DNA from: the human T2T-CHM13v2.0 reference genome, Homo sapiens
NCBI RefSeq assembly: GCF_009914755.1
Contig: NC_060943.1
Reading direction: 5' to 3' (one strand)
Length of the DNA: 64,000 nt
A program made the translations under genes and the position numbers. Shown piece by piece: positions 52,345 through 64,000 of the stretch. Each line of letters starts with the position of its first letter. Within the stretch, counting starts at the first letter, position 1. The notes under the pieces were generated by a model. It had not been told where the DNA came from. It made no database searches and saw only the letters and a list, made by a program, of their open reading frames with translations.

Positions 52345-52718
52345 TCAAGTTCTGGGGTTCGAACCCAGAGTGTTTAACAATGACTCTATTAGGGCTTGGA
52401 CAGGTGTCAGGGCCCCTGCCCCTCTGGGTGCGGGGTGGGTGTGTCCGCCCTTTCTCAGGGAGCCCGAGGCCCGGGCACCCAGCTCCGGAAGTGGACGTGA
52501 CCCTGAGCTGTTGCATGCCCCCCTTGTGCTGGAACACGCGTGGACATCTGTGCTCTCTCCAGAGAGGACTTCGAGGCAGGCGCTGGAAGAAGGGACCCAG
52601 AATCTCTGTACACAGTGGCTCATGCCTATAATCCCAGCACTCTGGGAGGCTGAGGTGTGAGGACTGCTCGAGGCCAGGAGTTTGAGACCAGCCTGCACAA
52701 CACAGTGAGATCCTGTCT
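52345..52718 (-). CDS. NDUFA11: NDUFA11 alternative Alu-derived last coding exon (228-aa isoform)
   Basis: Antisense-Alu acceptor TTTTTGTAG|AG is in phase with exon 3 and adds 124 aa ([15 protein letters not shown]...GSNPRT), total 228 aa, the length I recall for the annotated long isoform. Confidence 0.75.
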
Positions 52719-54119
52719 CTACAAAAAATAAAAATAAAAACAATTAGCTGGCTGTAGTGGTGCACACCTGCAGTCCCAGCTACCAGGGAGGCTGAGATGA
52801 GAGAGTCGCATAAGCCAGGAAGGTCAAGGTTCCAGTGAGCCATGATCCTGCCACTGCCCTCCAGCTTGAGAGACAGAGCAAGACTATGTCTCAAAAAGAC
52901 GAATTTTTGGTAGAGACAGGGTCTCACTGCGTTGCCCAGGCTGGTTCCAAGCTCCTGGCCTCAAGCAATCCTCCCACCTCAACCTCCAAAAGTGCTGAGA
53001 TTACAGGCTCAAACCACCAGGCCCAGCCTACAACATTTTTTAAAAAAATTAACCAGGCATAGTGGCGGTGGCCATAGTCCTGGCTACTCGGGAGGCTGAG
53101 GTGGGAGGATTGCTTGGGCCCGGGAGTTCCAGGCTGAGTTACTACTCGGGGGTGGACAGAGAAGGATATGAGGCTGAAAGTGAAGTTTGGCTTTTCACAT
53201 CTAGGCCCCGCGGATGGGCTTGAGAAAAGGGAAGAGATGGGGCCGGATACGGGTCAGGAGGGCCATAGCCAGCCCTGCCGGTTCCTGCTGTCCCCGGCCC
53301 ACCAGCAGGGCCCAGATCCATCCCAGCCAGGGCTGTGCACAGCTCCGCTCCCCTGGGTGGAGCCTGGAGCGCCCTAATTTGCAGCCCACCGCAGCATGTG
53401 GGAGCTTGCAGGCTTCCTCTCCAGCTGCCAGGGAGCATGAGCCAGTTCTGGAGAAGGGGCCCGGGGTGGTGCCAGCATTCCAGGGCCACCTAAATCACTG
53501 GCCTGACAGGTGGCAGGAAGGGATCGCAATTCTTTCCCTTGTCGCTGCCACCAGCCAGGTGCTGAGGGGGGTCCTGTCCCGCTCTGCCCTAGCCCCAGGG
53601 GCTGCGAGTGACCTGCCGGATGGGGACGGCTGCTGGACCAGCCTGTCCGGGGCTCTCCGCTCCAGTGCCCAGGAATTTGGAGACAGGGCCTGGGCGTGTT
53701 TTCCACATGTTGTTGGCTTTGGGGACAGGCCCAGAGAAAGGATGGCTCAAGATCTGCAGGGGGGTTGTGACCAGAGCCCACAGCGCTGAGGGAAGGGCTG
53801 TGGGCGGCAGGGCCCATTTTCCACTTGCTGGCAGGTCACTGGCACGCTCCTGCCCTGCCCTGGGAACTGGGGGAAGCAGAGGCTGGGGCGCATCCCAGCC
53901 GTCTCCCCTCCTGGGCTCCCGATGGCCCCAGCCTGATGCACTACCAGTTCTGTGGGGCCAGGCTGGTACCCTTGGCAGGGACGGCAGGCGGCAGGCAGGC
54001 GCGTGTGCAGGGGGCCTTATCTTATCTCCCTTCCTCACTCCCTCCCAGATCCGCCCTCACCGGCTGCTGTGTCGCCGTCATCAAGCCCTCCGGACACTGA
54101 CACACACACAGACACAGAA

Positions 54120-54125
54120 TTTATT
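54120..54125 (-). terminator. NDUFA11 polyadenylation signal AATAAA
   Basis: AATAAA about 45 nt after the stop, followed by a GT-rich tract (TGTGTCTGTGTGTGTG). Confidence 0.9.
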
Positions 54126-54169
54126 TCTGGACGCATTCTGCAGGCTGGAGGTCCCGGCAGGCACAGGGC

Positions 54170-54304
<135 letters not shown>

Positions 54305-55833
54305 TCAGGCCCGGGTGGGGCTCGGCCGGACCAAGACGCTCCACGCCCTGGCCGGTGCCCACCCTGGGAGCCAGACTGAGACCCCTGACAGGACACTCTC
54401 TTCAGGGATTAAGTCACTCAGGAAGAGGGCCCTAGACTCTGGAGATGTGGAAACTGATGCACAGAGGGAGGCCGGAGTCCAGGTTGCTTCCCAGCAGGAA
54501 CCCAGGCTGTGGGTCCTCATCCCGCCCCACACTGACTTCCCCCTGCGAGGACACCGTGCTGCCCCCAGCTGGGGCTGGGGCAAGGCTGGGCACCGGGCCA
54601 TGGTGACACATCGGTGTGTCTCAGTCTCTCCTTTGCCCATGGATGCCAGGGCCAGGCCACGCATCTGTCCCGTGGTCTGTGTACCGAGGAGCCCCGACAG
54701 TGCCCCCACTTCTCCAGGCTCTCCTGCTCCGAAGCCTCCGGGCCAGAGGAGGAAGGAGGTGTGTCCCCACACACCAGGACCTAAAGGGACTCACACTCTT
54801 TGAAGAGAGACAGGGAGGCTGGCTTGGGGACAGGGAGCAGTTCCAGCCTGAGCTGGGCTACAGTCAAGACCTCAACCCACCTGCAACCTCTGACCAGTTC
54901 CAGTGGGAGCTGGGGAGGGACAAGGCCTCCCCAAGGTCTTGACGCAGAGACAGCAGTGACGGCGTAGGCCCTGCCCTCGCACCCTCCCTCTCTGCCTGCC
55001 TGGAACCTGCCATTCATCACTCCCAACATGCCAGGCCAGAGCGGCTGAGCTGCAAGAGGGCTCGTTCACTCCTCCCACTGGCCCTGAGGGCCCGAGCCTT
55101 GGCGGGCTGGGGGTAGGCCAGGGGCACAGGCGGGCACTGACGCTGAGCCCGGGCCCATGGGAGGGCAGGAGTGATGTCTGGCTCATGCTCCAGACGGGCT
55201 CCCCTGTGCCAAGCGTGGCCTTCTCCACCAGGGCTGCACCCTCTGATGGCTGCAAAGAAGGCCACTTGCTCCTCCAGGTGACCTCGGGCCACTTAATTCC
55301 CTCCCTGAGCCCTAATACCCTTTTCTGTAAAGTGAAGGTTGCGGGGGCAGCTCCCCTGCAGGGCTCCAGGTGCAGGGAGAGAGATGGCAGGGCGAGACTC
55401 CATCCATCCTCCTCTCTGACTCACAGGCCAGTGGCAGAGACAGGGGGTGACCTTGGTGACCTGTGTCCTCTGACAAGGCACACAGAAGGAAGGCGGCACA
55501 GAGCGAGGGCGGCGGGGATGCTGGCTTGTACACAGGGTGGTCAGGACAGTGAGGGGAACAGCATTCCACGCAGTGCACTGCCCATGCAAAGGCCCTGGGG
55601 CAGGACTGTACCTGGCATGTGGGAGGAGCAGTGAGGAGGCCCGTGTGGCTGGAGCAGAGTGAGGAGGGGAGGGTGGGGAGGGGACAGGGCAGGTCAGGGA
55701 GGGCCACAGTAGGTGCTTAAGCAGCAGCAGCAGCTGTCGCTATGACTGAAATGGCTGGTGTTCAAGAAGGCTGCTTTACTTCTTGTCCGGGATGGAACAG
55801 AGAGGGTGGAGGATGAGCAGAGGTCAGGGGTCA

Positions 55834-56328
<495 letters not shown>

Positions 56329-56332
56329 TCAC

Positions 56333-56425
56333 CTGCAGTGAACGTGTATTGTCCAACCTTAGCCACTCCTTCAAGGAAGGTGCCCGGAGGATTGAGTGTG
56401 ACTCTGTAGGCAGCGGCGGTCAGGC
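56333..56425 (-). CDS. NDUFA11: NDUFA11 coding exon 2
   Basis: Acceptor ctcgcag, 93 nt encoding [31 protein letters not shown], donor GTGAGC; phase 1 to 1. Confidence 0.97.
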
Positions 56426-58019
56426 CTGCGAGACAGAGGAGGGAGGCTGTTCAGACCCCACTGCTGCTAAGCCCTTGCTTGGCCGGGCACCCCACTGGGT
56501 GGTCTCCCTCCCTCAGTCCTCACGATGCCCCCCTTCTTTGCCCATAGTGTCCCCGGCTGCTGAGTGGCAGAGCTGGATTTGAACTCGGGTTTGCTGCTCC
56601 AAAACTGGGGGGCCTCTCACTTCCTTCCCCACTCCCCGCCAGGCCTTCCTTGGCCACTTTCTCAAGCCTGACCAGTACTGGCTCCTGCAGAGCACCTGCT
56701 GGGCGCCCATCAGCCATGCTGGCCCTGGCAGGGCACCGGCCGGCAGACGGAGACTCATCCACGTGGTGGACACAAGAACAGGCCTGAGACCTCAGTTCTG
56801 CGGCTGCTTCCAGCCTCACACCGCCAGCTCAGCGGCGCCCCCCACGGGCCCTGGCACCAGGGCCCCAGCTCCAGGTTCCCATCAATGGCTCTATTCTCCT
56901 GTGGGGCCCGGGGCTCCTGGGCCTAATCCCCCTTGGCAGTGGCTCTGCTTCCCTGCCTGGCTGCCAACGCCTCCTCCTTGCCACTCTCGACCCCCTCCTG
57001 CTGGCAGCTCGGGCCTGGGCTCGTCCCGCACACCTGGCTGTCTGGCTGCCGCCCCCGCCACCCAGCCTCGCCACTCCGGTCAGCTTTTCCATCTCTGCCA
57101 TTTCCCAGGCCGCCTGGCCCCTGACATTGGCTTCTATGCATGAGGAGCTTGGGCCGGGGCCGGGCCCAGAACTCAGGGCCAGGTAGGTGGTGGGGACGGA
57201 GGTTTGATCCCAGCCCACCGTCCCTGCTGGGTGCCTAGGGGCGTCCTGAGTGAGGCTGGGCAGGCCCTTGGGCCACGTCCTCCCAGAGCCCGCCCAGCTT
57301 CACCAGCCCCTCTATGGTGGATGGGCAGATTGAGCCAGCCCGAGCCGGGGCTCCCCAATCCTCTGCCTGACTGCTCAGGGCAAACAAGCACCCCCCTCTC
57401 CCTACAGCCTCGAAACATAGCCCAGTTGCAGGCAGGGACCTCCTCGGGCCAGCCCATCCCAGAGAAAACAGAACTGCCAGGGATGGGCCACAAGGGCCCT
57501 CATCCTTCTCGGGGCCCGATGGGCTCAGTCCCGTTATCCCCTCCTTCACGGGAGGTGAAGGGACCTCCGAGATGTAAAGCAATTCTCCAGAGGTCACCCA
57601 GCACAGCGAGCCTGGACGCCAGGCAGGTCTGACCACAGCCTATGCTTCACCCACCACGACTGCCCCAGGGGAGTGGGCTCCACCCCAGTTCCCCATCCAG
57701 CTTCAAGGGACCCATGGGACATGCCAGGCCTGGCAGTGACCCCCCCCAACAGCACCCTAGCCTCAGATCCAATTCAGCTCATGTTGGTTCTGTCCCTCAA
57801 GAGCGACTGAGGGGACTCTCACATCCAGCAGTGGGGTGAGCACATATTCAGAGCAGCCCATAGGAGGGACCATCTGCTCCCCACAAGCACAGATGGGGAA
57901 ACTGAGACCCAGGATGCAGAGAAAGGGACCACATATAAAGAGTACCTTGTGGATCTGGTTTCTCCTAATCCTACACCAACCCCTGGGATTCCTGCTCGAC
58001 CTCAGAAAGGTGGATGGAG

Positions 58020-62530
<4,511 letters not shown>

Positions 62531-62899
62531 TCACCTAGGACCTCTCTGGCGGTCCCAGTAAAAGCTTCAGGTGTCCCTAACCACCCAGCACCCCCTGACC
62601 ACAGAAAGACCTCATCCCACCCCAAAACTTTCTCAAACATCTGTACCGCCCTCAGATGCCCCAATCATGACTCATGATCCCCTCTAACAATCTCTACCCC
62701 GTTGGAAAGTCTCGTGGTCCCTTAGCTCCTTGGACCTGATAATAGCCCTGTCTCACTCCACAATTTCCCCGAGCCTGGCGATAGCTTGGGACCGCCTCAG
62801 ATGACCCCAGGGACTAGCTTGTCGCATGTCACGACCTCCCAGTGCTCCCCAACCCTGCTGGACCCCCTACCAACATCCATTTCACACAAGATCCCCCCC

Positions 62900-64000
<1,101 letters not shown>

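Noticed and set aside
51752-52927. 391-aa minus-strand ORF
   Set aside because: Starts in Alu, low-complexity GC-rich remainder, and not in frame with NDUFA11 exon 3 via the Alu acceptor

Overview
Human (primate) genomic DNA, recognisable as the chromosome 19p13.3 alpha-1,3/4-fucosyltransferase cluster. All genes are on the minus strand. FUT3 (Lewis enzyme) has a single coding exon at 3196-4281 and a non-coding first exon at about 10837-10896; it carries the functional residues at all common null-allele positions. FUT5 is at 26027-27151. NDUFA11 has four coding exons between 63138 and 54170, an Alu-derived alternative last exon, and a CpG-island promoter at the right end. The FUT genes lie in a tandem segmental duplication with three copies of an upstream block; the leftmost copy presumably belongs to FUT6, outside the window. 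The FUT3 unit has gained four LTR-element insertions that are absent at the matching FUT5-unit sites: two deleted HERV-H proviruses with Phe-like primer-binding sites, a solo LTR7-type LTR inside an Alu, and a MER41A LTR with an internal 4x50-bp repeat. The most striking unexplained signal is a locally amplified 150-290 bp module. In its two copies between FUT5 and FUT3, a 10-bp expansion forms perfect six-pentamer heat-shock elements, and a third perfect three-pentamer element lies nearby. The rest of the window is very Alu-dense, with L1, L2/MIR and DNA-transposon relics. Repeat subfamily names come from recalled consensus sequences, not from a search.
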